Below, piece by piece: positions 42,877-53,195 of a stretch of DNA of 64,000 bases. The translations under genes were made by a program, and so were the position numbers. The stretch comes from an uncultured Peptococcaceae bacterium. Its GTDB lineage: Bacteria > Bacillota > Dehalobacteriia > UBA4068 > UBA4997. The notes under the pieces are model-generated. The model was not told where the DNA came from. It did not search any database and saw only the letters and a list, made by a program, of their open reading frames with translations. Position 1 is the stretch's first letter. Each line of letters starts with the position of its first letter. The stretch lies in the NCBI GenBank assembly GCA_964569265.1, contig CAZMTO010000004.1:5988-69987 (forward strand), given 5' to 3'.

Positions 42877-42929
42877 TTGTATTTTACGGCAAAAGCCCAA
42901 GCAGGCATTATCAGCCCAAAAGCTTTTCC
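42867..42929. repeat. 63-bp direct repeat, copy A (partner at 55118..55180)
   Basis: GTTATTTTTATTGTATTTTACGGCAAAAGCCCAAGCAGGCATTATCAGCCCAAAAGCTTTTCC; 62 of 63 identical to copy B. Confidence 0.9.
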
Positions 42930-42995
42930 GGGTTTCGGCAACTTAGATTCCAAGCTTTAGTCGTTTCTGCTCCGCTTTATAATTTAACTGCCCCT

Positions 42996-45900
42996 TTAAA
43001 TTTTGCTGTAGCGGTACAACAGCGTAACGATCTGCGCACGGGTGCAGGAAAGGTTGGGACTGAAGAGACCGTTGCCCGTACCGTCGATGATACCCTTCAT
43101 ATAGCACCACGCTATGGCTTCATACGCCCAGTCGGGTGTGTCGGTAAACGGCAGCTGCATTGCCCACATACCGGTAAAACCGCCGCCGCCCGCCTGCTCC
43201 AGCCGGTATATAAAGGCAACAATTTGCGCGCGGGTACACGCAAGGTCGGGGCTAAAGGTCGTTCCGTCGCCTGTTCCCTTAGTAATGCCCTGCTCAACAG
43301 CCCACAGCATCGCGTCACGATACCACGCATTAGCAGGAACATCCGCAAAGGGGTTAACCATACTCCTGGGCGCGGGGCTGCCGGAAGCGCGCCACAGGAA
43401 TGTAACGGCCTGCGCGCGGGTGCAGAAAAGGTCGGGGCTAAAGAGGCCATTGCCCGTGCCGGTAGTTATTTCGTTATTTACAGCCCAGCTTACTGCCTCC
43501 TCATACCAGCTACCGGCGGGAATATCGGTGAAAGCAGGTTTTAGCGTTACGCTGCCGGCCGTGCTGCTGCCGGAGGGCTTTGAAGGAGAGGGTTCAACAT
43601 AATCGTCGGATGAATCCTGAGAGTCATCGTCCAGCCGGAGGTCAGACTTTGTAATCAACGTTTTCAGCTTGGGCATCCGCCCCTGAATGTACTGGTACGC
43701 CCCCAGCTCACCTTCGCCCACATCAACCGACAGGGTAAGCGTGCCGGTAGAATCGCAGGTAACGAGGGTGTCCGCCAGCACATAGGATAGATATGCAATC
43801 TCACCCGCGGGAACTTCTTCGTCGGCGGTATAGCTGTACTCCCTGGCAGGTTCGTCACTGGCAAAAATGCTGACTGCGTAGTTAAGCGTTGGGATACCCG
43901 CCGCATTGCCTGCATTGCAAACCTGTGCAACGGTAGCATAGTCGCTGCTGCCGATCAGGTTAGACATTTCGGGCATATACTTAACGATAAAGTGTGCGCC
44001 GTAGCGAACTTCAACATTCTCAGTTGCGTTGTCTGCCTTAACGGTCATAGTCGTGGTCGTATGGAATTTCTCAGGAACCTCCACGGTCAGTTCAATCGTT
44101 TCGCTGCAGCCGGGCATAATAGAATCGATGGTGCCGGCTGCACCATTGCCCACACCGGCGGCACTGACGGAAACATTTTTCGCCTCGCCCAGCCCACGGT
44201 TGGTCACGGTAACGGAAACAGCCATATTACTGCCGGGCATAGGATACGCAGGAACATCGATCCCGGTGATCTCAAGATCAGGTGCATAAACGCTGCCGGC
44301 AGTTTTAATGTCAGCAGAGGTTGCATTTTCGCGACTGACGGCATCCAGCTTGCTGAACGCCAACAGGAAGTTGCTCTCGTTGCTGTCTCTGCCAACAAAC
44401 ACACTGTCCAAAGCGCCGATAAGGCTCTTTTCCTCCTCGCTGTCGGTAAGTACCACAGGCAAGCCCTTGGCGTAAAGCTGATATACCGCAGAAGAACCGA
44501 TAATATCATCCAGACCGGCGCGGCTAACGGCCTCGGCATTGGTAACGGTATCCAACACCACGCCGTAAACTTCATCCGTCAGCTCCGCAGAAGCAGTATC
44601 GGTGGCAACCCAGCTAAGCAGCACGCTGCCGGAATCATCCATCGAAGCAGTAAAGTTGGTGCCGATGTGGAAGTGTTCGTCACCGGCAATATCGTTGGCA
44701 ACATACCTGCCCTTGTTGGTGGGATTAACCACAGCATTGCCGTTTTTGTCCACTATCACATAGGCGCAATCCTGCACAGCCTCGCTGTCGTTTGTGGTGG
44801 CAACAAAGTCGGTAAAATATACCACCTTGCCGTTCTGATTCCAAAAGAGGTGAAGATAATCATCATTGCTGACTACCTGCGGGCTGCGGGCGCAAAGTGC
44901 AGGGTCAGTGATAGCCATAAGCGCGGAGGCAATAGGTGTGCCGTTTTCATCAAAGGTGTAGGTACGCAGGTAAAGCTGGCGATCCTCGTTACTGGGCTCC
45001 CAGACCTCGTTGGTTTCATCCCAGACAGCAAGTCTGCCGTCACGGTCAAGTTCGAGAATTTCGCCCATAACGCCGTTATGAACAAAGGGCTCAACATCAG
45101 TAATGCGGTATTCCTGCTCCGTGCCGTTTTTGGTAGCGCGCACAGTGGTAGTGATCCAGTTATCGGTATCGTTCACATTGGCTCTGGACATGGCAATGGT
45201 GCGGTCGGTGCTTAAAAGCTGCTCCAGCGTAACTGTGCCGGCCGTTTCGTCATAGGGAAAGATGTTGCGCTGATAGTAGACATACACCATATCCCCGTTC
45301 CGTACAGCGTCCAGCGCGCCGCAGGCCACGGTAGAATTTTCTGCAATGGTAAAAGCCTTGCCCATAGGCTCGCCGTCCGTATTAAAGAAGCAGCCCTTCA
45401 AGTCCATAGCATTCATAAATTTGGCGATCTGCGCAGGTGTCAGGGCATTGATATCAACATTGCCCAGATTTGTCAGCACCTCATCAAAATTCGCCTCAGA
45501 CCAGGTTACCAGCGTGCGGTCGCCCAAATCAAAGAGATTTACATCATATTGCAAAGAAGTGCGCGGCTCTGTCGTGTTGTCGCTTACAAAGCCCTGCTCC
45601 GTCCAGCTACTGCCGCCATCACTGCTCTTGGCGTAAACAACCGAAAGGTAGTTAAGCGTATCCTCAACTTTAGCGTCTTTAAGATAGAAAGCAAGAATGT
45701 TGCCATTTTTCTGCTTGAGCAGGTGGATGCCGGTATTTTTAAAGACGCCGGAGGCGATTACACCGTCATAAGAGGTACTGCGCGCTGCCTGACGCAGGGT
45801 GCTGCGCACCATAGGCGCAAAGGTTATCTCGTCCAGCATTTTATCCAGTTCATCCGCGCTTAGGGCGTAGCCGACGGTGCGGGCGGGAGAAATGGTGGTA

Positions 45901-48900
45901 AGATCCGAAAGCTTCTGTTTGATCTCATCGTTATAGCCAAGCGTACCGACATCAATATTGGCGTTAACACTCGCACTGAACAGAATAAGGTCTGCACCGA
46001 AGCCTACGTTGCCGGTCAGGTTAAAAGCACCGATAACATTGGGATAAACCTCAACAATAAAGGGCACATTTACGCTCGCCGTAAGGTATAAACTAAGAAA
46101 GTTGTTATGGCCTACGCCACCCTTAACGCCCATATTCATCATCGGCGCGGCGATAAAGGAGGCCACCTTGGTATCATCTCCGGTCGCAGTGCTGCCGGAA
46201 TCAATAATCAGGTTCTCGCTGATATCATTGGCATCAAGATCTTTCGACTTGGCAAACTCAGCCTGCACGTCAAAGTATGCCTCGTTAGTAAAGGTAAGGC
46301 AAACATAAAACGGCACACCATAAACGCTGAACGGAATATTACGGATGTAGTTTGAGTCTACGCCCAGCGCCATCTCAAACTGAGAAAGATAACACTCACC
46401 GGTACCGTCGTCTTTGGGTGAAAAGGTAAAGCGGAATAGATAGGCAGGGTTAAAAGACCACTTGGAGGGTGTGTCCGCTCTGTAGAGAACACTTTGTTCA
46501 CTGGGTTCACCGCTGAGCGCTGTAACACCAGGGTTGGCAGAACCGCCCTTATCTTTATCTCTGGCCGCCGCAAGTGCCTTGTCGGTGGCACGCTTCTGCT
46601 GAAGCTTTTCTGCTACTGTACCTGTGCCAAAGCTGGCAAGGTAGCTTGAACCACACATCAGGATGGTGTTCTCGCCGTCGGTACGCTGAACAAAAAAGCC
46701 GCCGGTTTTGCTGGTAAGGCTAAGGTCCAGCTTACCCAGCACAGGAATAGTAATCTGGCTGATATCGCCGCCAAAAGCGGTGCTTTGCATATTGGGGGTG
46801 CTGGGGATATTATAGCTGGCTGCAAAGCTTTCCGCGTTGGTGGCGGCGGTAACAGCATAGCCGGTGTTTACAAGGCCGGAGCTAAGACTGGTGTTAAAGC
46901 TGCTGCCGCCATTCTGGTACAAATCCTTTTTATAAATAATTTCCACATACATATGCATACCGCTGGTCAGTTGAGAGGTGTCGGTTATGGTCGCTCTCCA
47001 CACCTCGTAGCTGTCATTGTCGGCTGCCACATCATGGGTTGTATCAACTATCACAGTGGTGGGGGCGTTCTTGCCCTCTCCGGCAGCAATCTTGGGGTCA
47101 ACAAAGTAATACTTAACGCCGGTAATCTCATAGCCGCCGGACGGAACAAACACCCGCGTAGAAGCGCTTATCTTGCTGTTGTCGGTCAGAACAAGCGCCA
47201 CGTTATCGGTCGAGCCGCCGTCCACACTGGCCGCTACCAGCTCCGGGTAGGGCACACCAATGCCGAACTGGGGCAGCTCAATGGTTATCTCCTCATTTGG
47301 CTGATAGGTAAAGATTGTATAGCCGATGGAATCTTCATAGAGAATAGCCATAGAATACGTGCCGCCGGCTATGCCGCGGAAGTTTTTAAGCGTAAAGTGG
47401 CCGTTTTCATCGGTTGTGGCCGTAAACTCCTGACCGCCGTTTCTGACGGTGACAGTGGTGTTAGCCATGCTGACAAATGTGGTAAGCCCATTGGAGCGTG
47501 CCTCTACCTGCGCCTGCTTTAGTGTGCCGGTGATATTGCCGTAGGTTGTTTCCTCATAGCTTTCACCGTCGGTTCCCGAATAGGCATCGGTAGGCACATA
47601 CTCCAGATATACGGTGTTGTGGTCGGGGTTGCCATCCAGTTGATAATAGAACACGTCGCCGTGTAAATAATCGTTACTGCCGCTAACGTGCCAGCGAACC
47701 TGATACATAAGCGAATTCTTGCTTTTGGCAATAAGCGGTATATAATCACCAACAACATAATCTTCTTCAGATACAAGCTCACCAAGCTGTTCTGCCGTAC
47801 CGCGGTCTTTGTATGTTCTGTTGGGGTCATACTCAAGGTTCAGCCTGTTGGCATTGTCGCTGAACACGCCCTGCACGGTGTAGATGGGATACTCGATATC
47901 CAGTGCGAACTCGTTTTTGGCTGCATCGGGGCGGGTTTGGGTAATGCCCTGTTCGGGTATGCTGTAAGCCTTCCAGCTTTTGGCCTGATACCACACGCCG
48001 CTGAGTTGGCTGCCGGCGGACGTATTAGCTGCACCAAATACCCAGCGGTCGCCCATATATTCGCTGCCCTGCACAATCTCAATATCCCCGGCGGTAGCGC
48101 TGAGAAAATTAAGGGTGCTGTACTTGATCTTTTCGTAGATCGGGATAACGTGGAAGGTCCAGTATTCACCTCTCACATCAGATGCCTCCCGATAGCAGTA
48201 TTCTGCCTCGTACTTTTTCAGAAAATCTGCATCAAAGGTAAAGCTGATTGTATCCTCCGCCTCGGCGCCCGAACCCAGCGAAATAAGATCGGAACAGTGG
48301 CCGTCCTTGGCCATAAGCTTGTAGCCAATCAGTTTTGCCGGGTAAAGCCGCTCACTGCTGTAGCAGATATCCACGGTCTTTTTTTCGCCATAGTCCTTGC
48401 TGTTAATGGTAAGGTACTGCACATCCGTGCCATAATTTATCGAAGGAAGCACAGGCTCATCGCCGGCCTTAGAGTTGGTATAAATCAAATCTGCGTTGTT
48501 TCCGCCCATATCCTGCAACTTGCCCTCGATACGAAAACGATATACGCGCAGGTTCAGTTTAAGTGCGTTAGGCACAAACAGGTTTGTACCGCGGTTCAAA
48601 ATACCGTCCGGGTCAACGTTGCTATAATAAACGTGTTTGCCGGCCTGACGGTAATCGAGCTTGTTATTATCACCGTCGTAAACCGTGGCAACAAAGGTGT
48701 GTACAGTACTTTCGGCATCGTTATCGCGGTCAAGCTTAATGGTGTTCCAGTCGTGCCCCTCAATACCAAACTTAATCTCGGCCTCGTGATCAAGACCGGT
48801 CAGCTTAACAGTCGTTTCAATAGATTCCACGCCGGTCAGGTCAATGGGATCAATGCTGTCCATATTGCGGTTTCCGCTGGGTATACCGGAGCCCGTACCG

Positions 48901-50117
48901 GAAGTGCTGATTTCGTGAATGTTCTTGCCGTCCACATAAAAGGTCAGCTCACCCTTTATGCTGTCGCTGTGGCCACCCTCCTTAAAAAGGTTTTCGTCTT
49001 TCGAACCAAGAATGATCTTCTGATATTCGGTGTCGCCCTCGGTGCCGTTAGCCCAGGCGGGCACCCAGCTAACATCACTCATATCGCCCTGCCGCGGCGT
49101 GGGGATAACGGCATATTCCTCCGGCAGAGAATCCAGTTCCGGGTCTGCGCCGTTGACTACGCTCAGTTCAGCCGTTGTGTTATCAATAACCTCAATGCCG
49201 TAAGTGCTGCCGTCCAGCGTATAAACGCCGCCAACTACCGCGTCAAAGGTCTGCACCTCCTGCCATGGGGTAAAGTCCACCTGACCGTAGATCTCGTCGT
49301 TAACATAAACGGTAACAAGTGTGGTGGTAGCCAAGTCACCGCTGCGGCGGAGCGTCAACTCCACGGCATCTTCATCGTCCGTCAGCTCCATACTGCCGTC
49401 GCAATCAAACGCCACGGTAACGCCGGGCGCGGGTGCATCGTTATCCACAATGACAAACGCCTGCTGCGCGCTGTCTATAACCTCGCCGTCACCGTCCAGC
49501 ACGGCCATAAAAAATGTCTCCTCGTACTCTGGTTCGGCATCGTCAAGCACCTCTATGGTCAACTCCGCGGTACGCTCACCGGCAGCAAAGTTCACGATAA
49601 ATTCCGCCGCCTTAGCGCCCAAATCATCCAACTGGGCAAACGCCGCTGCCGCGCTGACATCCTCAGCAGCCGCCAGCAGCTCATCATCTGTCAGCGCTTC
49701 CGTCACGGCCAGTTCAAACGCAAGGCCGCTGGTAAGCTTGCCATTGTCGCGAAACGCATCATAAACACTTGTTGCGCCGTCAAGCTTCTTCACGGCTTTT
49801 CCGTTATAGCTAATGCGGTAGTCCACATCGTAGTTGCTGCTGTTATCATACACCACCACGCTAAACGCTTCCTCGTTTAGCGTGTCACCGCTGCGAGTGA
49901 GGGTAACAGGGTAAGACCCACCGCTCTCGTTAAGATAGCTGTCGGCGTTAATGGTCAGCCGGGTATCAGAATAAACAATGCTGCTCTTATCGTCTGCCAC
50001 GTTGGCTGCATCGTCCCCGCGCCGATTATCCAGCTCATCCGCCAGCGCACTGGCAGACAATAACAGCGTAACCATCATACACAAAACAAGCAGCAGACTC
50101 AAAAACCTTTTTCTCAT
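42996..50117 (-). CDS. Giant (2373 aa) secreted surface protein: Calx-beta/Ig-like repeats and beta-rich modules, three C-terminal SLH domains
   Basis: Signal peptide MRKRFLSLLLVLCMMVTLLLSASALA 7 nt after GGAGG; Calx-beta-like FIVDNDAP blocks; C-terminal repeats of F.D.P...W...AI.W....GI..GTG.G..FSP.L.CTRAQ.V. Confidence 0.8.
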   Translation of the reverse strand: MRKRFLSLLLVLCMMVTLLLSASALADELDNRRGDDAANVADDKSSIVYSDTRLTINADSYLNESGGSYPVTLTRSGDTLNEEAFSVVVYDNSSNYDVDYRISYNGKAVKKLDGATSVYDAFRDNGKLTSGLAFELAVTEALTDDELLAAAEDVSAAAAFAQLDDLGAKAAEFIVNFAAGERTAELTIEVLDDAEPEYEETFFMAVLDGDGEVIDSAQQAFVIVDNDAPAPGVTVAFDCDGSMELTDDEDAVELTLRRSGDLATTTLVTVYVNDEIYGQVDFTPWQEVQTFDAVVGGVYTLDGSTYGIEVIDNTTAELSVVNGADPELDSLPEEYAVIPTPRQGDMSDVSWVPAWANGTEGDTEYQKIILGSKDENLFKEGGHSDSIKGELTFYVDGKNIHEISTSGTGSGIPSGNRNMDSIDPIDLTGVESIETTVKLTGLDHEAEIKFGIEGHDWNTIKLDRDNDAESTVHTFVATVYDGDNNKLDYRQAGKHVYYSNVDPDGILNRGTNLFVPNALKLNLRVYRFRIEGKLQDMGGNNADLIYTNSKAGDEPVLPSINYGTDVQYLTINSKDYGEKKTVDICYSSERLYPAKLIGYKLMAKDGHCSDLISLGSGAEAEDTISFTFDADFLKKYEAEYCYREASDVRGEYWTFHVIPIYEKIKYSTLNFLSATAGDIEIVQGSEYMGDRWVFGAANTSAGSQLSGVWYQAKSWKAYSIPEQGITQTRPDAAKNEFALDIEYPIYTVQGVFSDNANRLNLEYDPNRTYKDRGTAEQLGELVSEEDYVVGDYIPLIAKSKNSLMYQVRWHVSGSNDYLHGDVFYYQLDGNPDHNTVYLEYVPTDAYSGTDGESYEETTYGNITGTLKQAQVEARSNGLTTFVSMANTTVTVRNGGQEFTATTDENGHFTLKNFRGIAGGTYSMAILYEDSIGYTIFTYQPNEEITIELPQFGIGVPYPELVAASVDGGSTDNVALVLTDNSKISASTRVFVPSGGYEITGVKYYFVDPKIAAGEGKNAPTTVIVDTTHDVAADNDSYEVWRATITDTSQLTSGMHMYVEIIYKKDLYQNGGSSFNTSLSSGLVNTGYAVTAATNAESFAASYNIPSTPNMQSTAFGGDISQITIPVLGKLDLSLTSKTGGFFVQRTDGENTILMCGSSYLASFGTGTVAEKLQQKRATDKALAAARDKDKGGSANPGVTALSGEPSEQSVLYRADTPSKWSFNPAYLFRFTFSPKDDGTGECYLSQFEMALGVDSNYIRNIPFSVYGVPFYVCLTFTNEAYFDVQAEFAKSKDLDANDISENLIIDSGSTATGDDTKVASFIAAPMMNMGVKGGVGHNNFLSLYLTASVNVPFIVEVYPNVIGAFNLTGNVGFGADLILFSASVNANIDVGTLGYNDEIKQKLSDLTTISPARTVGYALSADELDKMLDEITFAPMVRSTLRQAARSTSYDGVIASGVFKNTGIHLLKQKNGNILAFYLKDAKVEDTLNYLSVVYAKSSDGGSSWTEQGFVSDNTTEPRTSLQYDVNLFDLGDRTLVTWSEANFDEVLTNLGNVDINALTPAQIAKFMNAMDLKGCFFNTDGEPMGKAFTIAENSTVACGALDAVRNGDMVYVYYQRNIFPYDETAGTVTLEQLLSTDRTIAMSRANVNDTDNWITTTVRATKNGTEQEYRITDVEPFVHNGVMGEILELDRDGRLAVWDETNEVWEPSNEDRQLYLRTYTFDENGTPIASALMAITDPALCARSPQVVSNDDYLHLFWNQNGKVVYFTDFVATTNDSEAVQDCAYVIVDKNGNAVVNPTNKGRYVANDIAGDEHFHIGTNFTASMDDSGSVLLSWVATDTASAELTDEVYGVVLDTVTNAEAVSRAGLDDIIGSSAVYQLYAKGLPVVLTDSEEEKSLIGALDSVFVGRDSNESNFLLAFSKLDAVSRENATSADIKTAGSVYAPDLEITGIDVPAYPMPGSNMAVSVTVTNRGLGEAKNVSVSAAGVGNGAAGTIDSIMPGCSETIELTVEVPEKFHTTTTMTVKADNATENVEVRYGAHFIVKYMPEMSNLIGSSDYATVAQVCNAGNAAGIPTLNYAVSIFASDEPAREYSYTADEEVPAGEIAYLSYVLADTLVTCDSTGTLTLSVDVGEGELGAYQYIQGRMPKLKTLITKSDLRLDDDSQDSSDDYVEPSPSKPSGSSTAGSVTLKPAFTDIPAGSWYEEAVSWAVNNEITTGTGNGLFSPDLFCTRAQAVTFLWRASGSPAPRSMVNPFADVPANAWYRDAMLWAVEQGITKGTGDGTTFSPDLACTRAQIVAFIYRLEQAGGGGFTGMWAMQLPFTDTPDWAYEAIAWCYMKGIIDGTGNGLFSPNLSCTRAQIVTLLYRYSKI

Positions 50118-50162
50118 ATTTCTACCTCCTGCGCTCAAAATAGGGTGAACAGGTAATCTATG

Positions 50163-52217
50163 CTACGGCTCAACAATGTTAAAGCCGGAAAACTCCTCGC
50201 TCAACTGATTCAAATTTTCAGCAAGCTGACGCAGCGGCTGTTCGTCTCCCTTAATCTGCGCAGCTTTAGCAAATCTGTCAAAGCTGCCGGCAATAAGATA
50301 AAGCAGAGCGTTCTTCGGGCAGGTAACGGATACATCTGTATCCGCAAGGGCGGCGTTTTCATACAGTAGCAGCACGCCGTTTTTAACCTGCACAGTATGT
50401 GTTTCTCCCACGTCGGGCAGGGTAAAGCAAGTGGTAAAGCTCTGTTCGGCAAGCGCCTGTTTATCCAGCAGAATACCCATATACTCAAAAAGCATTGTAG
50501 CGGTCATTTCCTGCTGCACATCACCGTTAGAAACAGCCTGCTGTGCGTTGGCCGACGCATTACCCTCCCGCAGCTCCAGCGCCGCAGTCAGATAAGCGTT
50601 GCGCCACGGGCCGGATTCTGACTGATAGCCCAACTGCTCCAGTGCATCAGCGCAGAGAAGCCGCGCAGCTTCGTTGGTCGGGTCGGCAAAAACGATGGTG
50701 TTGGTCACCTCGGCCACCCACCGGTATTCGCCCTTGTCAAAGTCAGCTTTTGCCATACGCAGCACCGCATCGGTGTCACCCAGATACTCCACCCACTTTT
50801 TCGCGCTGTCGGTAGGCGTCATAGGGTTCAGGTGAACAGGATTGGCATCGTACCAGCCCATATATTTTTGGTAAACAGCCTTAGAATTATGGGCCACAGT
50901 ACCGTAATACTGGCGGGTGTACCAGTTCTTGGCCAGTGCATCGGGCAGCTCAATCATATTGGAAATCTCATCGGAGGTGTAGCCCTGGTTGATATAGGTA
51001 AGTGTCTGGTCATTGATGAATTTGTACACCGCCGCCGTGTTCACCATATACTCGTTTACTGTTTTGTTACCCCAGTGAGGCCAGTTGTGCGACTGAAAGG
51101 TCAGCTCTGCCTTATTGCCGTAGCGCGCCACGGCCTCGGTTATATAGCCTGCCCAGTCTGCACCGTCGCGCACTTGTGCGCCGCGCAGGGTATAAAGGTT
51201 ATGCAGTGTGCCGGTGCAGTTTTCCGCCATCCACAGTGCCTTAAAACGGGGCAGCCATATGTTCATCTCGGCGGGAGCCTCGGTGCCGGGTGTAAGCTGA
51301 AATTCCAGCTTGATACCGTCAATGGTCAGGGTCTCGCCGGTTTGGGTAATCTCGTAGGTGGGGGCAATATAGCTAACGGTACCTATAGACTGACCAATAC
51401 CGATGCCCATGGCCAGCTTACCGGTGGTGCCTGCCTCCAGCAGCACGCCATACTGATAGTTAGCGCGGCGGCTCATCGCCTTGCCGGCATAAAGGTTTTC
51501 AGAAACCGCGTGCTCTGCAAAGCCCTCCGGCACGATGACGGGCACCTTGCCGCTGTTCAACTGCTGCACAATGGGCAAACTGCTGTCGGCAACGTCCTCG
51601 TTTTGCAAAACACCCTTAATGCCGCCGTAATGGTCTACATGGGGGTGAGAAATGATAACAGCTTTTACCGGGCGTGTCCCCAGATTCTTCTCCACCAGTT
51701 GCATGGCAGCCCGGGTACATTCCACACTCATCAGCGGGTCAAACACGATCCAGCCTGTATCGCCCTCAATCAGGGTAAGATTTGCCATATCGTATCCCCG
51801 CACCTGATAGATACCGTCCGTCACCTTAAACAGGCCATAGGCATGGTTATTGCGGGTGTTTTCCCAAAGGCTGGGGTTTACCGTATCGGGCGCCTGCTCG
51901 TAATCATCCAAAAAAGCATAAGCCGCCTGACTCCAAATAACATTACCTGCCGCATCCGTCAGCTCCAGCACATCGGGCGCGTCAATCAATCCTTTGGTGG
52001 CGTTTTCATATTCGCTGCTGTCGGCAAAGTCCAGCATAGCGTACAAAGCCGAGTTTATCTCCGCCGTATAGGCAGATGCCGACTTGGGCTCAGCGGTCAG
52101 GCCCAGCTCGTTGATCAGGCTTTTGCTGTTATTACTGCTTTGTTGGTTAGTTCCGCTGCTGCACGCAGACAGAAAAAGCAGCATACACAAAAGCAGCGCT
52201 GCAACTTTCTTTTTCAC
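50163..52217 (-). CDS. Lipoprotein metallo-beta-lactamase-fold alkyl/aryl-sulfatase-like hydrolase (SdsA1/BDS1 family)
   Basis: Lipobox LLFLSAC; MBL motif ISHPHVDHYGG; ~680 aa with dimerisation and SCP2-like C-terminal regions. Confidence 0.6.
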   Translation of the reverse strand: MKKKVAALLLCMLLFLSACSSGTNQQSSNNSKSLINELGLTAEPKSASAYTAEINSALYAMLDFADSSEYENATKGLIDAPDVLELTDAAGNVIWSQAAYAFLDDYEQAPDTVNPSLWENTRNNHAYGLFKVTDGIYQVRGYDMANLTLIEGDTGWIVFDPLMSVECTRAAMQLVEKNLGTRPVKAVIISHPHVDHYGGIKGVLQNEDVADSSLPIVQQLNSGKVPVIVPEGFAEHAVSENLYAGKAMSRRANYQYGVLLEAGTTGKLAMGIGIGQSIGTVSYIAPTYEITQTGETLTIDGIKLEFQLTPGTEAPAEMNIWLPRFKALWMAENCTGTLHNLYTLRGAQVRDGADWAGYITEAVARYGNKAELTFQSHNWPHWGNKTVNEYMVNTAAVYKFINDQTLTYINQGYTSDEISNMIELPDALAKNWYTRQYYGTVAHNSKAVYQKYMGWYDANPVHLNPMTPTDSAKKWVEYLGDTDAVLRMAKADFDKGEYRWVAEVTNTIVFADPTNEAARLLCADALEQLGYQSESGPWRNAYLTAALELREGNASANAQQAVSNGDVQQEMTATMLFEYMGILLDKQALAEQSFTTCFTLPDVGETHTVQVKNGVLLLYENAALADTDVSVTCPKNALLYLIAGSFDRFAKAAQIKGDEQPLRQLAENLNQLSEEFSGFNIVEP

Positions 52218-52391
52218 GGTGTATACCTCCTTGTAACGGATACAATTTGCAGGGCAGCCAATCCGCCTGCTTTATCATTTTAATCCTCGCCGGAAGTATA
52301 CCACCAAAAGCGTAACAGGAGCGTAACATCATCGGGTTTTTATCAAAAATTTTTGCAAAATCTTATAAACTTTTCTTTATTCCAGTGTTCT

Positions 52392-53195
52392 TTATTCCAG
52401 TGTTCTTCCGCGCAGCATCCAGTAAAGCTGAGCATTGCGTTCCTCTGCCCAGGAATATTCGCGCAGGTATTCGCCGTTATACTTGCGCGCCTCCTGTCTG
52501 TCCCCGGCAAGAATGCGGTATAGGTCACAGTCCACCTGATCAGTCCTGAGAAAGCGGCGGTTGCCCTCAGAAGCCAGAATGTGCCCTGCACCTGCCTCCT
52601 CCAGCGTGGCAGCCAAACGTTTGTAGGTCATACGCAGCAGCGACTGTGTGCCGGCATCATTGTTCCTGTCCGGCCATAGATATGCTATCCCCTCGCCGGC
52701 TGTAAAACCGCGCTCACCGTGATCAATAAGCAACGCCATCAGCTCCCGTGCCTTGGCGCTTGAAATATGCAGCGGCGTGCCGCACACGGTAATAGACAAT
52801 GTGGGAATGGTACGGATAACCACCTGATGAGACGGCAGCGGCCGATAGACACACCTGGCCAGCGCTGTGCGGATATCAACGGCGGTATAGGGCTTAAGAA
52901 GATAACCGCTGGCATCCACGTTCCATGCGTCCAGTGCATACTGGCTGTAGGCCGTAACAAACACAACGCGCAGATCAGGGTCGTGTTCCTTTAGCGCCCT
53001 TGCCAGCTCAATGCCGTGCAGCCCCGGCATCTCAATATCTAAAAAAGCCACGTCTACAGTGTTTTGCGCAGCAAAAGCAAGGGCATCCTCGCCGCGCTGA
53101 AAGGTATGCAGAGATTTAATCTCCGAAAAATCCGCTGTGGTCAAGCGAAAATTGTCGATGGCAGGACGCTCATCGTCCACATAGATGACATTCAT
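52392..53195 (-). CDS. Response regulator: REC receiver fused to a SARP/BTAD-type winged-helix output
   Basis: VDDE..D phospho-acceptor context; LKPY motif; C-terminal ITVCGTPLHI..ARELMALLIDHGERGFTAGEGIAYLWPD. Confidence 0.7.
   Translation of the reverse strand: MNVIYVDDERPAIDNFRLTTADFSEIKSLHTFQRGEDALAFAAQNTVDVAFLDIEMPGLHGIELARALKEHDPDLRVVFVTAYSQYALDAWNVDASGYLLKPYTAVDIRTALARCVYRPLPSHQVVIRTIPTLSITVCGTPLHISSAKARELMALLIDHGERGFTAGEGIAYLWPDRNNDAGTQSLLRMTYKRLAATLEEAGAGHILASEGNRRFLRTDQVDCDLYRILAGDRQEARKYNGEYLREYSWAEERNAQLYWMLRGRTLE

Noticed and set aside
47688-49880. 730-aa plus-strand ORF (and the 43992..45215 and 46785..47522 ORFs) inside the giant gene
   Set aside because: These are antisense to a strongly supported 2373-aa CDS with signal peptide and SLH domains. 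The translations are low-complexity (G/V/A/I-rich) mirror artefacts with no RBS.
50832-52283. 483-aa plus-strand ORF opposite the sulfatase-like gene
   Set aside because: Antisense artefact of the MBL-fold hydrolase CDS.
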